A DNA stretch of 64,000 nucleotides. Origin: the human T2T-CHM13v2.0 reference genome, Homo sapiens. The stretch is taken from NCBI RefSeq assembly GCF_009914755.1, contig NC_060925.1. The stretch is one strand, 5' to 3'. Made by a program: the position numbers and the translations under genes. The notes under the pieces are model-generated. The model was not told where the DNA came from and ran no database searches. It was given only the letters and a program-made list of their open reading frames with translations. This document shows, one piece after another, positions 12,130 through 25,790 of this stretch (position 1 is the first letter of the stretch; each line of letters begins with the position of its first letter).

Positions 12130-14259
12130 ATTTGACTTATCTCAATTTCACATTCTTTTGTGTTCAGTTTGTGGTGCCTGGTTTCTGTGTGAAATGATTT
12201 CCAAGCTTTCAAATGAAAGCAGTTAAGAAACAAAATATTTACACCCTTCTAACTTGTGCTTCCTGTATAGCTAGATACAATACAGATGCTAAGTCACTGG
12301 TCTGAAAGAGCTTCCACAAATCTATAATAAAATAATTAAATTAGTGAGCTGTGTTTAGATCAGAGACCCTTGGTTGCCAACTCCTAAGAACTCAGGGAAT
12401 TCAGAACCACAGAAGGATCATTTGGACTCCATTTGGCAGAGACGTCAGAAACTCACTGCTCTTGGGAACATCCTTTTCCAATAACATTTATAGTTCTAGA
12501 TGGAAGCGAAAAGCACCATATGTTAAGAGTTTCCTGCAAAGCTTCCTGGTAAGAGAGGAAATAAATTCAACTTGTCACATCTGCTCGTGGGCCAGTCAAG
12601 TAGGATTTTATCACAGCCTTAAGTGGTTTACAAAACTGTCCTGTTATCGACTGAAGGGGCTTTGCATTTTAGGTTTTTTAATACTGATGTTCATAACCTA
12701 AATCATTAAACTATTTTTCTTCTTTGGACTTTAGCAGCATGCATCATTATTTGCTTTTAAGCAAGAAGAATTATTGAAAGCAATTCAACTAAAAATCACA
12801 TTCCCATAGCATAGTCTCCATAGCCCTCCATGGCTTAAACTGCGAGAATGCCTACGGGTCTCAATTCTACCTCAGTTTCGACCCGTGGGTCCTTACACTT
12901 TGCATAATTTAAGATGGGAACTGCATTTAATCAGGCTAAATTGATTATCCACCATTCCAAAAAGTCCCAATTGGCTTAAACCGTGGCAAAGACCCATAGG
13001 GTCAGAAAAGATTTTTCTGCCAGAGGTATAGGTAATCACAGGAAAGGTGTTAAAACTTGCACTGTGAGTCACAAGTTTTCCCCTAAAGTGATTCATCTTT
13101 TTACCCTCATGCTTAAAAAACAAATGTTAGAGTCACTATGGGCATTTCAGTTTTCTATCATAAGCAAAATCCTTCTTAGTTTCCAAATCTACTGAAGATA
13201 TAGTGCCATATGTAAGCACTACCATTTCCTAATTAAGCACAATTTAAATTGATAGCAGTTGTTCCAAACTAAAAATAAGTTCTCAATTTACCAACTCACA
13301 GTTTTACGTTCATGTCTTGCAATAAGGGAATAATCAAACCTACTAATTAATTTTTAAAATCATTTTAAAATTTAAAGATGCTTTATGTTAAAGTAACAAT
13401 TGCAATCTTTAGATATTCCTAATTCTTTAAGTAATTATTGTATAGTAAGGGAATGTAACAGTTTCAGAGTGCCATACTATGATAAAATTTTCAGCATTTG
13501 TGTATATGTTTACATATACATATCACTCCAACAGGTGAATTGTAAAGACACATACAAATTTAAATAAATCAGAATGAAGGAAAATAAAGTAGAATATTAA
13601 AAGAAAAAAATTTGACACACCAACCTTATAAATTTAAAAAAATAGACCGTGGAATATGCTCTAATTTTCCTAGTAGCCAAAAAAGAACAATTGAATGATT
13701 CACATTATTTTCAATGGTAGAAAACATTGTCAAAAAGATTTTACCACCACTGAGGTCTAAGAGAATCCTCATGGAATGCTGAATGATGGAGTCAAATACA
13801 TGTCAGTATCTTTTCCTCCTCTCACCTCCAAAAGCATAAAGGCTTTGGCATGTTTCGTGGAGATATTTCCTGCACTATCATTCAATGTAACTTTGAACTT
13901 AAAGTGCACTTTAATAATAATAATAATAATAAAACACAAACAAAAACAATTCTACCAGTGTTGCTGCATTGCACAATTCTGAGGGCACTGTTAGTGTAGG
14001 TAGTACTGAAACAGGAAGCAAAAGCATCAATTGTAATAGAAGAATGGTGCTGGTTTCATAAATATGGCAACAATGAATACAAAATCTGTGATAAACTCTT
14101 TCCACAGTAACCATGGAACTTTCTACTACCAATCTTTGACACAAATATTTATTATAAAAGAGAGTCAGAATGGTAATTATGTACCTATGCTTGCTATGCT
14201 CCTTATAGATGACCCTGAAACTGCCCCATTCTTGATCTGTTTTCCCCTTCAGTATTTAG

Positions 14260-14595
14260 TATTAGAACCTAGTAACTTTATTTCCCATCCTCTTTTACAG
14301 CTAAGTTTGACCTTTCAGATCAATATGATGGGTGTGGAAGTGACACATGCCACTTTTCAATTATTTCTTTAAATGTACTTGCCATGAACTCTTTCTTCCC
14401 CCCATTCCTGCTGGCTAAGAAATGTTGATTCCTGGAAAAACTCTGGAAGTCATGTTTTGAGAATAGTGGAGTTGTCTCACCAATCATGCTTTTCTCACCT
14501 CTGGACTGTTATGTGAGAGAGAAATAACATCTATTTTGTTTAACAACCTGTCTTTTGTGTATGTTTTTAAAAATAAACCTCTTAATCCAACATCA
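14260..14595 (+). mobile_element. Old MaLR/ERVL LTR (MLT1J-like)
   Basis: ggaagtgacacatgccactt and cctctggactgttatgtgagagagaaataacatctattttgtttaa. Confidence 0.55.
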
Positions 14596-14954
14596 ATGTT
14601 ATCTTCATCTGTGTTTACATTCCCATAGCTTTGGACTAGAGAATTGTAAAGAAAAAAACCTGGAAATAGAGAGAGAGAAACAGAGGGAAGAAGGAAGAGG
14701 AGGAAAGCAGGGAAGAAAGAAGGAGAAGGATGTTTCTATTTTAATCAGATGGCCAGAGAATCACTCAATGATCCCATGAGTCTGAATGTTTCACTAATAG
14801 CAATAATAGAATATTAGAATAACATTACATTTGGTCCAGCTGTATCAGTATTCAAATTTTGATCCCAACCTTTCCCTGCTTTGTGACCTTAGACGAGAGA
14901 CTACAACTTTTCTGCTTCATTATTCTCTATAGTGTGATTTTGAAAATTTAAAAA

Positions 14955-15160
14955 AGCTAATTACTTACTGTATGCTGGGTCCTAGTCTAAGTGCTTTACA
15001 TGTATTATTTAATTTAATCCTTTTTGCAATGCTATATATGAGAAACTAATACTGTCCTTATCTTATAGCTGAAAATATGGAGGCAAGGAGAGTTGAAACA
15101 ACTTGCCCGAAATCCAAAACTGGTAGGTGGTGGAGCAGGCTTTTGGCATTAATTTCCCTG
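14955..15160 (-). mobile_element. MIR SINE (adjacent + strand MIR fragment at about 14840-14950)
   Basis: ctaagtgctttacatgtattatttaatttaatcct...gttgaaacaacttgccc. Confidence 0.7.
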
Positions 15161-15929
15161 GTGTCTAAGAGACAGTGCCTTTCTAAATGTGATAATCTTT
15201 AAAGTACTTAGTGCCATGCTTGGCTATGATTATGTCTGTATAATTCCTGTTTAATAGCATTTCTCTGTTATAAAAAGTTGTACTCATAAATCATAATTAT
15301 ATTAGAAAATGCACAATAGCACAAAAAGCAAATAAAAGTCACTCACTCTCCCTTCACGCATAATCATTGCTAACATATGCACATAGACTTCTCTTTTAGT
15401 ATCAGACTGTTCTTTTAATTGCTTGTATTACTTCACCTCATGTAGCCCAAGTGTCAGCCTTTATGCCCACCCCTGACTAGTCTCACCTGCTCTGATTTGT
15501 AACATGTGGCATGAGGAAGGATATTTCTTGTTGCTGAGTTAGTCTAAGACTTTGTTCTTCACAGTCATATTCTTTCTCAGCTATTTCAGCTTTGCTTCTC
15601 ACTTTAGGCTGTCTCCATTGGAACTCTGGGACCCAGTCTTTCTAGCATATTGCTTCCATCCTGAAACATGGTGACTGGTGGGGGGATATCAGGTAGGTTA
15701 CACTTTTCTTTACTTTTTGTCCATTTACTTTTCACAGCATCTTAACTCAAGTCTCTGTCTCCATATTTGACTTTTTAATGTGCTTGGGTAACTAATGGAA
15801 TTACAATAAAAGGAAGAACACTGTAAGCATGTTTATTCAATTTGATTTTCTCATAATTTAAGAGAAAGGCAACCAAGAAGTTAATCTCATTCTTGGCTTC
15901 CTGGGCACTCTACAGTTTCTGATCTTCCT

Positions 15930-16085
15930 CTCCCAAACTCAGGCCTCTGTGTGGAAATGCAAAGGCAAAATGGGGATATTATCATTACTTTACTCATGGA
16001 ATATTGTATGTATGAAATAATATGTATATGCTTAGTGTCTGGCATACAGTGGGTGCTATATGAATGCTATTAGTATTGCTGCTAT
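15930..16085 (+). mobile_element. MIR fragment
   Basis: aaaatggggatattatc...gcttagtgtctggcatacagtgggtgct. Confidence 0.6.
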
Positions 16086-16704
16086 TGAGGAGGCAGAGTG
16101 TAAACTAGCTTCCTGAATTATGCAGTCACCTCTTTAACATTGGAAAACTCACTTCACATTATTAGGCAGAACAACACTGGATACTTTTGTTTATATCTGC
16201 CTCACCTTTTAACGTGTGGCCAAGCAGCCTTCTGGGAATAAGAAACGCACCATTGTCAAGTCAAGTACCTGCTAAGCATACTTAGGCTACAAAAGAATCA
16301 GCTGAAGTTTTTGGATTTGGGCTATAAGAGATAACTTCTTTGAAAACATGCTTATTTTAGTCTCTGTCTTGGGAGAGGGCAGGGGTCAACCTAGTTTTAT
16401 TCTTCTACTTAGACACATAGCATGAACATTTCTCATATTATTAAATATCCTTATAAATCTTGGTTTTGATTATGGACATGCTGAAGTGAACTGTTGAGTC
16501 AGAATCTTCTTGCTTTCATGAGGAAAGTAGATTTTCAAGAGGCTTTATAAGAAACTATACCTTTCTATAATTTTCTATGATAGTTTGCAAAATGATCTGC
16601 TTGTATCCCAAACACACTTCCTGCAAACTAATAGTAGGGAATGATTATTTACGTAGACCGGCTACAAAGTTTAGAGAACAAGAATATTTGAGGTAGAATA
16701 GATG

Positions 16705-17315
16705 TGTGTCTGGAATTGGTTCCTTCCGGTGGCTTCTTGGTCTTGCTGACTTCAAGAATGAAGCCACCGACTCTCCTGGTGAGTGTTACAGCTCTTAAAG
16801 ATGGTGTGTCAGGAGTTTGTTCGTTCCGATGTTCAGATGTGTCCAGAGTTTCTTCCTTCTGCGGGTTCGTGGTCTTGCTGACTTCAGGAGTGAAGCTGCA
16901 GACCTTCCCAGTGAGTGTTACAGCTCATAAAGGTAGTGCGGACCCAAAGAGTGAGCAGTGGCAACATTTATTATGAAGAATGAAAGAACAAAGCTTCCAC
17001 AGCATGGAAGGGCACCCAATCACGTTGCCGCTGCTGCCTCGGGTGGCTAGCTTTTATTTCCTTATTTGGTCCTGCCCACATCCTGCTGATTGGTCCATTT
17101 TACAGAGTGCTGATTGGTCCGTTTTTACAGAGTGCTGACTTGTGCATTTGCAAATCTTTAGCTAGACACAGAGCGCTGTTTGGTGCGTTTTTACAGAGTG
17201 CTGATTGGTGCGTTTTTACAGAGTGTGGATTGGTGCATTTACAAAACTTTAGCTAGACAGAAAAGTTATCCAAGTCCCCACTCGACCCAGGAAGTCTAGC
17301 TGGCTTCACCTCTCA
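16705..17315 (-). mobile_element. LTR12-family (ERV9) solo LTR
   Basis: tgtgtctggaattgg...gacttcaggagtgaagctgcagacc...repeated gctgattggt...ctggcttcacctctca; 4-bp TSD gatg/gata. Confidence 0.93.
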
Positions 17316-18599
17316 GATATATGTTTAAAAACTAAGAAAATTGGTTATTTCAACTCAACAGTTCAGCAAAGATGTCTTGAGGACCGAATATATACCAGGT
17401 CACTTGCACTGAATATACAAATATGAGTAAGACTCAGTCCCCGCTGTTAGGATGTAACTGTCAGAGTCCAGCGTAAAGACTTAAATGAGGGGAATGATGA
17501 GTTTTACAACGATGTTGACCAAGTCATTATGGTTAAATTTTATCACCATTTTAGATCTTCCTGAATGTAAGAAAAGCAGAAAGGAACATTCAAATTATCA
17601 TGAGACAATATGTTCCATTTATCAAATGCTGAAAAATAAGACCAAAAGAGAGACTGGCTAGCATGGAGTGATCAGGAGCTAAGTGATGCATCATTTCAAG
17701 GAAACAGTAAAATTCATATAACCTGTGAAATAAAGTAGGTGAAGAAACTGTAGATCCTTTTAGGCTGATTGTAGACCCTTTCTCAAAGTAAGAGGGCTTT
17801 ATCTGTTTTTAATGAGAAAAATTATATCAGTGATTCATCAATCAGATATGTCAGCAACACAATGAATATAGCAGCACCTTTTATGGTATTACTTTTGGAT
17901 GTGTGTGTGTGTTAATAAACATGCACGTATGTCTGTGCTCTCAGATGATGTATGCTTATTATAAAGAAACGATAGCTTATCTAAGTTCTTCTATAAAGCA
18001 CTTAATAAAATTCAATAGATGTAGAAAGGTTTATACTATGAACAAAAATCACAGTGGTCCAGGAGCAACTTCAAGTTCAAAGAAGCAGCAGTTTGCAATA
18101 ATGTCCTGTTATTTTACTATGTGTATGAGTTATTTTCAACTCCTTTCACTCTTGTATTACATTGGTCTATCTTAATATCGTTTCTAGAAAATGACAGTTA
18201 AATAAAGCCTAGAGGTCTTACAGAAGGCACAAAATACAGCCAGCAAACACTTGTTTCTGGGCATGAATGGGTCACTAGACTAAACGTTTTTGTCAGCTGT
18301 TAGAGCTAATACAAATGTCAGAAATATATCCCAAATTATTTTACTCTTTGGCAAAAGCAAGTAGACCATTATCCATGATATCTGATATAAACAGAATACT
18401 TAGCTGCTTAAGTTTATATTTTTCCTGTAGATGCACATTTATACCCGTGTACTCCTTTCTCAGCTGCAAAACTGACAGTTACATATGTTCCTTTCAATGC
18501 CTCAAAGAACCAACAACCAGGATACTAGAAGCACAGGCATTCCAAACTGGCAAGCAATATCGAAATATATGTGTAATGTCACTGGATCCAGAGATATAA

Positions 18600-18855
18600 T
18601 AGCCAATATTTCTTAGCTTACATATGTATGTTAATATGCTTACGGCATGCCACGAACTATTCTGTTTTGTGGTGTTAGCTCATGTACTTCTCCTAAGAAG
18701 TCTGTGAGTAGGTGATACTAGTGTTCCTATTTTATAAGTTTGAAAACTTAGGCATAAAGAGAGTACATAACTCTTCAAAAGCAAAATAGCTATGAAGTGC
18801 CACTATGAGGTCTAAATCCATAGATTTCTCTCTCGTTCTTAACCACTATGTAAAT
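18600..18855 (-). mobile_element. MIR SINE
   Basis: cctattttataagtttgaaaacttaggcataaagagag...cttaaccactatg. Confidence 0.6.
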
Positions 18856-19152
18856 GTATGTTCTTACATCTAGCCAGTCTAAGATTGACATGATGCTGAT
18901 CTGGGAGTAGGGAGGGGTGCTTGGAAGGGAACTAGCTTTAAATTGGCCAAATCGGATTTCCACTACTCCCCCTTTGCCCTTATTTTTAAGATATTAGGTT
19001 TACATCATAGTTCTTTGTACAAGAGACCTACACAACTACTTTAGCCTTGTCCCGACACTGCCCCTTTGGTATAAAAGATACCGGGAGTGATTGCCCATGT
19101 GACTATCAGAAAGATTAACTTTTTTTTTTTTAAATTTTCAAAGCAGAACTAA

Positions 19153-19466
<314 letters not shown>

Positions 19467-20385
19467 ATCAATAACAATATTTTAAACCATATCACCTTTC
19501 ATGCGGTACCACTAGAGAGAGAGAGAAGAGTAACATGTTGGTTCTTTGCATTTATGTTTTTTCTTTGAACTATATGGAATATTATTTCCATTAAGAAATA
19601 TTATGTTCATTCAGGAAAAATAATCAATATAATTGAATATCTTCCCCAGGTCTGAATGTATTAATTTTTTCTTCTTTGCAGAAACATGGATGAATATCAC
19701 ACCCATTCTGCTAACGGGTAAAAAGAAGTCAGTTCAAACTTATTACTAAATAACTGTTTCAAAAATGTAAAGTTGGAAAATTATAGTATAAGAACAAGCA
19801 ACAGATTTAAATCATAGGATTTATCACCCAAAATATGTATGCTTGCATTTTTCTTTGCATTGCATTAAGATGAAAGAAGAAACATGTAGGTCAAACCCTA
19901 CTACAAAGAGTATCATTATCACAAAATTTCAACCCAAAAGACAGAAGAAATCATAACCAGGTGCAAGAATTAAGAACTTCAGATTTGATGACAGTAAAGA
20001 TTGTGGAAAACTTTTTAAACACTGTGGTAAATTAATTCTAATTAAGCATCAACCAATTGCTTGTGGGGCTTCAGGAGTCAACCGCACTGAACACAATAAG
20101 GGTGCAAATACAATTTATGACTTGATTGCTACTTCTAGTACTGATGGCACACACCTAACTCTTATGGGCTTCATGAGATGACTGATGTCTTAAATCTTAT
20201 TTTATTCAGTTTTCACAAAGGCACTGCATACCTGTCAAATCTGAGGTGCATAAGGTTTAAGTAACTTGGACAAATCTCTATCTCTAGGAAGTTACAGAAT
20301 CAAGATCCAAAGCATAAGTATACCTGTTGATAAGACCATACAGGCCTTTGGAGCCTACTGAGAAGAGAGTAAGTTACCCAAGTAA

Positions 20386-20695
<310 letters not shown>

Positions 20696-21074
20696 AAGTT
20701 AGCGCCCTTTTATGAGCCAGGCAAAAGCAGAGCTGTTGAATACTTAGGTCTATTCATTGTTGATCGTGCTGGCTTTGCGCACAGTGCAGAGCCAGATGCC
20801 TGAGGGTCATGAGCTTGGCAAAAAATAAGGTCCGGTCATATCCTTTGTCCTTCATGCTTTGCCTTTGAGGTTCTCCATTAGACACTTAGGCCGAGGTCCC
20901 AGAAGCCATGGAGCCATTTGCATCAGAGGGCTATGTTTAAGACCCATTTGCTTACTCACTTCATTGGTTTCCTTTTTTATCCACTGGATGTAATAAATCT
21001 CTTATGTTTTTACCCTTGTTTTATTACCTAGTATATTTTAAAATTTGTATTGGTATTCATTTTTCTAAGTCTCT

Positions 21075-21295
21075 TGGTGTTGAAACCCAGCTCTGACATT
21101 TATTAGCTATGTAATCTTGGGAAAATCACACATAGACACATGCACACACAAACATGCATGTACTTTTCACACTTTGTATATCTCATCCGTTAAATGGCTA
21201 TAATCTGTCTCTCTCCTAGAGCTGTGAGATTCAAATGATCAAATGAATACAAGGTACTACATAGATTAAGTGGTGAAGAAATCTCCTAGCTATTA
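21075..21295 (+). mobile_element. MIR SINE
   Basis: gaaacccagctctgacatttattagctatgtaatcttggg. Confidence 0.65.
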
Positions 21296-22817
21296 TTTCT
21301 GAATTTTCTAAATTCCTGATTTTTATCTAACTTTGATGGAAGGTAGATTAAGATGAATATCATAATGCATATCCATATACTAATTTGTATACATTTTCAA
21401 GGAAGAAAGATGCTCTCTTGATTATAGGGGTTTTCTGGCAACTTATTTCAAGACTGTGCTGTGATATGGGATAGGAAAGAACACATTCCTTTCAGCAATG
21501 TCTTCACTTGAAGGGTTCCCAGTGCTTTCAGGGAAAGAATGTTCACCAAGTTTATTCAGCGCATAACCTGAGCTTGAATGACTTGTCTTATTATATTGAT
21601 TCTTTACAAAAAGAACCTCTGATTTGGCCAGTGTGCCACCATCCACTAGTGGGCAGACAATTCAGCTAAGATGCTTCAGTGATAGTTATTCAGCATATAC
21701 ATAAATGGTTGCTTTTGACTGTTATAGCAATCCTTTGTTCAATCAGGTGCTCCCAAGGCACTAGGATATGTTTAATAATCATAAGGTTTTCCCTTATGTA
21801 TACATTTTTAAATGTGTATTTTTAAAATATATATTTTTCAAAAGCACACACACACTTGGGTCACTTTCCTCATTAGTGAGTTGTGTAACTGGCAGGATCT
21901 TTGAGACTTACAGTTATTTAAGAAGGAAGGGAAATGGAGCCTTGGAGGATGGGTAGCATTTTGGTAGATGGATATGAAAGGGAAGACATTCAGACAAGTT
22001 CTGGGGGCATGCTCACAGCCAACACCAGGTGTCAATACATGCAAATGTACCCAAACTCATTTTATCTGCTATGTTGTCATCTTTACTCAAGAAGTACTAC
22101 TAAAAAGAAAAATTGAAAAAATATATTGTTACAGCAGAAAAAGTATCTCCAACATGTCATATGAAGGTAATTTCTTAAGGTCACTATAATATTTAGTAAA
22201 CTATTGATGATAGGCTTGAAAACATCAATACAACATCTTATTTCTACTTAATATATCCAAAAAAGAATAATATATTTACTGGGACAACAAGTTGTTCTGA
22301 CACACAAACACAAAAATTCAGTCTTAACTGCCTCAACTGCAGGATCATTTTGGAGCTCACCTCCATCAGGAAACCACTGAACTCCTGGGTAAGTCTCTCA
22401 GGAGTTCCTGACCATTAGGATATTCTTGAGCAATGGGAGAGAAATGGGCCTGGAGTGGCCAGCAGCCTGTGGAAACGTTTACAAAAGCATTCAGCAGTCC
22501 CTAATGGCCTGAAAGCAAATGGATATTTTGCTGCAACAATGAAAAGAAACATTTCAATTTGGATGTGTTTGCTTCTGAAACAAATGTTTACAACAGAAAC
22601 CTCCATTTGGGTTGTTAGCACACAGTCAAACAAAGTATGTATTTACTGAAGAATCAAGTGCAGCTTCTCATTGTAAGAATTGCCTCTTTGGGGACAGGCT
22701 ATATGGTCAGGATAATGTGCTGATCACAAAAAGGAAATGAAGCTACAAGATTTTAAGGTAACAGGCAATATGCGTTAACCCCTACCTGCCCTGCAAAAGT
22801 GACTTTCCTAGGAAGTT

Positions 22818-23100
22818 TGTATTAGGTAGGATAGAAATACACCTGCAGTAAACAAAGACACCTGGAATATGGTGTCTTAAATAAGGTAGAAGGTAACTTT
22901 CATCTCTTGTACCAATTCAGGTGTTTGCAGTGCAGGCCATGTGTCAGGGACTAGGCTCCCTTGAGGTTTGGCTCTAGCATCCTCAGCATTTGGTTTTCCA
23001 AGTGTGGTCCACACTGGATGCTCTGGCTGTAGCTAGCATTCCTGCCTTCAAGCTTATGGAAAAGGGAGGAGAGTAGAGCGCTGCCTTGCTGCTTCCCTTT
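22818..23100 (-). mobile_element. Old MLT1-type LTR fragment
   Basis: gtattagg...ctgcagtaaacaaagacacc...tggtgtcttaaataagg start resembles MLT1K/L. Confidence 0.45.
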
Positions 23101-23104
23101 AAAG

Positions 23105-23307
23105 CAGTGGTTCTCAACCGAGGGCAACTTAGCTCCTCCCCAGGAGAAATATTTGTTTGCTATAACTTGGGGAGCAGGGTGGTGATAGTCCTATTGACAT
23201 CTAGCAGATAGAGGCCATGGACAGTGCTAAACATCCTGTTGTAAACAGGGCAGTCCCACATGATGTAGAATGTTCTGGCCCAGTATTGCTAAACTTGAGA
23301 AATGCTA
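23105..23307 (+). mobile_element. MER20 hAT MITE
   Basis: cagtggttctcaacc...gacatctagcagatagaggcc...tgctaaacatcct...ttgagaaatgct. Confidence 0.85.
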
Positions 23308-23515
23308 GACCAAAGTGAAAGCTTCTTATTGGTAGATATTTGTGGGTGTAGAAGCTGGAAAAGATGGTTTCCACTACAATCTTGCTGCATTCTCAGTGAG
23401 TTGCCTGGCATAAATGAACGTCATCTTTGGCAGAGACTGCCACTGGTCTCATGTCTGTTCTCTTCTTCTTACATGCTAATAGACGTTTAACCTGAGCCAG
23501 CTAGTTTTCCAGCTT

Positions 23516-23573
23516 CTCCCCAAGTGTGACAACCAAAAATGTCTCCAAACATTGCCAAATATATCCTGGGGAC
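23516..23573 (-). mobile_element. MER20 fragment, inverted relative to the upstream copy
   Basis: gtgacaaccaaaaatgtctccaaacattgccaaat is the reverse complement of MER20 internal sequence. Confidence 0.7.
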
Positions 23574-23712
23574 ATTCCTAGTAAGAAACATTTCTCAGTT
23601 GGATGTCCTCTGGCAAGTCAACTAAACCTTTGAAATTTTAGTTTCCTCAAAGGTAAAAATAACAGATATTTGTCTCTCAAGATTACTGAGGTAGGCAGAA
23701 TTCTAAGATGTC

Positions 23713-24087
23713 TGATATGGTTAGGCTTTGTGTCCCCACATAAATCTCATCTTGAACTGTAATCCTTATAATCCTCACACACCGAGGGAGAGACCTCCTG
23801 GGAGGTGATTGGATCATGGAGCAGTGTTCTCCATGCTGTTTTCATGATAGTGCATGAGTTCTCATGAGATCTGATGGTTTTATAAGTGTCTGACAGTTCC
23901 TGCTTCACACACTCACTCTCTCTCACCTACTGCCATGTGAGAGGTGCCTCTTCTCCTTCTGCCATGATTATAAGTTTCCTGAGGCCTCCCCAGCAATGCA
24001 GAACTGTGAGTCAATTAAACCTCTTTTCTTTATAAATTACCCAGTCTTGGATATGTCTTTATAGCAGTGTGAAAATGATCTAATACA
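23713..24087 (+). mobile_element. THE1D-like MaLR solo LTR
   Basis: tgatatggttaggctttgtgtcccca...gcagtgtgaaaatgatctaataca; TSD atgtc/atatc. Confidence 0.92.
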
Positions 24088-24303
24088 ATATCCCTCAAGA
24101 GTCCCACCTGCCTGGCATACACAAACCTTCTCTCAGTTATTCAATCAAGCACTAATCTGTGTGCTGCTATAAGGGATTTTTGCAGATATAATTAAGGTCC
24201 TAAACTATTTGACTAAGAAAAGGAAATTATCCTTCATGGGCCAAATCTAAACATGTGAGCCTGTAAAAAGGATGGGGCATTTTCCTAGTAAAGGAGGAAT
24301 TCA

Positions 24304-24535
24304 GGCTGGGCTCAGTGTTCACACCTGTAATCCCAGCATGTAGGGAGGTCCAGAAGTTTGAGACCAGCCTGGGCAAAATGGCAAAACCCTGTCTCTAGAA
24401 AAAAATACAAAAATTAGCTGAGAGTGGTGGCACATGCCTGTAGTCTCAGCTACTCAGAAAGCTGAGGTGGTGAATGGAATGAGCCAAGGAGGTCAAGGCT
24501 ACAGTGAGCCATGATTGTGCCTCTGTGCTCCAGAC
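24304..24535 (+). mobile_element. AluJ with deletions
   Basis: ggaggtcaaggctacagtgagccatgattg J-type; flanks end in aattca on both sides. Confidence 0.88.
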
Positions 24536-24919
24536 TATTATTATTTTTAAATAGGGAAATTCAATGCAAAGGAGGGTCTTCATTGCTGGCTTTGAAAAGG
24601 GAGGAGGTCATGTGGGACCTGAGTAATTCCAGACTGACAGCCAGAAAGAAAATGAAGACATCAGTCCTGCAGCCACAAAGGATTAAATTCTGCCACAACT
24701 ATATGGGCTGGGAAGATCCTGAGTGCCAGATGAGGACAGAGCCCATCTGACACCTATGTTCTAGTCTTATAAAACTCTGAGCAGAGAACCTAGCCACTGC
24801 ATGCCTGGACTTCTGACCTACAGAACTGTAGGTGTTATTTTAGGCTGCTAAGTTTATATGGTGATTTGTTACACAATAACAAAAACTAACACAGTCATTA
24901 TGAAGATTAATTATGGTAA

Positions 24920-25150
24920 TAATGCTTATTCTTTCAAGAATGCTACTATGTTCCAAACAACTAGATAGGCATTTTAAGAGAAGCATTTATTTTTTTAATA
25001 ACCATTGTAAAATCAGACATTATTTTCCCATCTTGTAGATAGAGTAACTGAGGCCTGGAAAAGTTACATAATTTGCTTAATGTCTCACAGCTAATGACAA
25101 TTAACTAGAATTTAAACTTCGATTTCCGTGTCCTTTCTTCCTTGCCTAAC
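24920..25150 (-). mobile_element. MIR SINE
   Basis: cccatcttgtagatagagtaactgaggcctggaaaagttacataatttgc. Confidence 0.7.
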
Positions 25151-25559
25151 TTTATTAAATATAAAGTGTTAGAAAAAGTTAAAAAATCTTAATTTTATTA
25201 ATTTTTCTATTTATATGCCATAACAGATTTATAGGCTAGTGAACTTTCTGAGGGACAGTAGACCATAAACATCAAAACCTGAGCAAATACACATATGCTG
25301 AGGTTTAGTTATGGACTTCATGATGAGGACTAATTACAAGACAAGTCCTACCTTCCAGCTTAATGACACTTATCCATACTTATTTTTTTGATTGACATCA
25401 TTTTTCTTTTATGTTGCATGCAGCTATTAGGGGTTTTTTTTGAAGCCCAACTATTCTCCATCTTTACTTTTCAAATAATAATTGAAAGAAGATTTTTAGG
25501 TTTGATAAATATTAAGGAAAGGAGTGACAGAAAACACCTATGTAAATGTTTATCTAAAA

Positions 25560-25790
25560 TAATAGTAATTTTGGTAATGGTCATTTGCTGAGAGTTTATG
25601 ATAGGTCAGGCACATGCTAAATGCAGGGTGTCAGGCAACCCTCACAGAACTCTTATAATGTGCCGGTATTATTAACCTAATTTTCCAGATGAGGAAACTG
25701 CTTCAAATAAGTTTAGTACCTTACCCAAGCAAACTTGCAAGTGGGCAGCAGAACCAAAACTGAATCCATGATCTGTTAGTCTCTGTATAT
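25560..25790 (-). mobile_element. MIR SINE
   Basis: ttttccagatgaggaaactg core. Confidence 0.7.

Larger units (their letters stand above)
23687..24893 (+). mobile_element. MLT1E-like MaLR LTR, host of THE1 and AluJ insertions and itself inside a MIR
   Basis: tgaggtaggcagaattctaagatg start; ggacttctgacctacagaactgt...aaaactaacaca end. Confidence 0.8.

Noticed and set aside
16704-16976. 90-aa ORF
   Set aside because: Antisense translation of the LTR12 U5/R region
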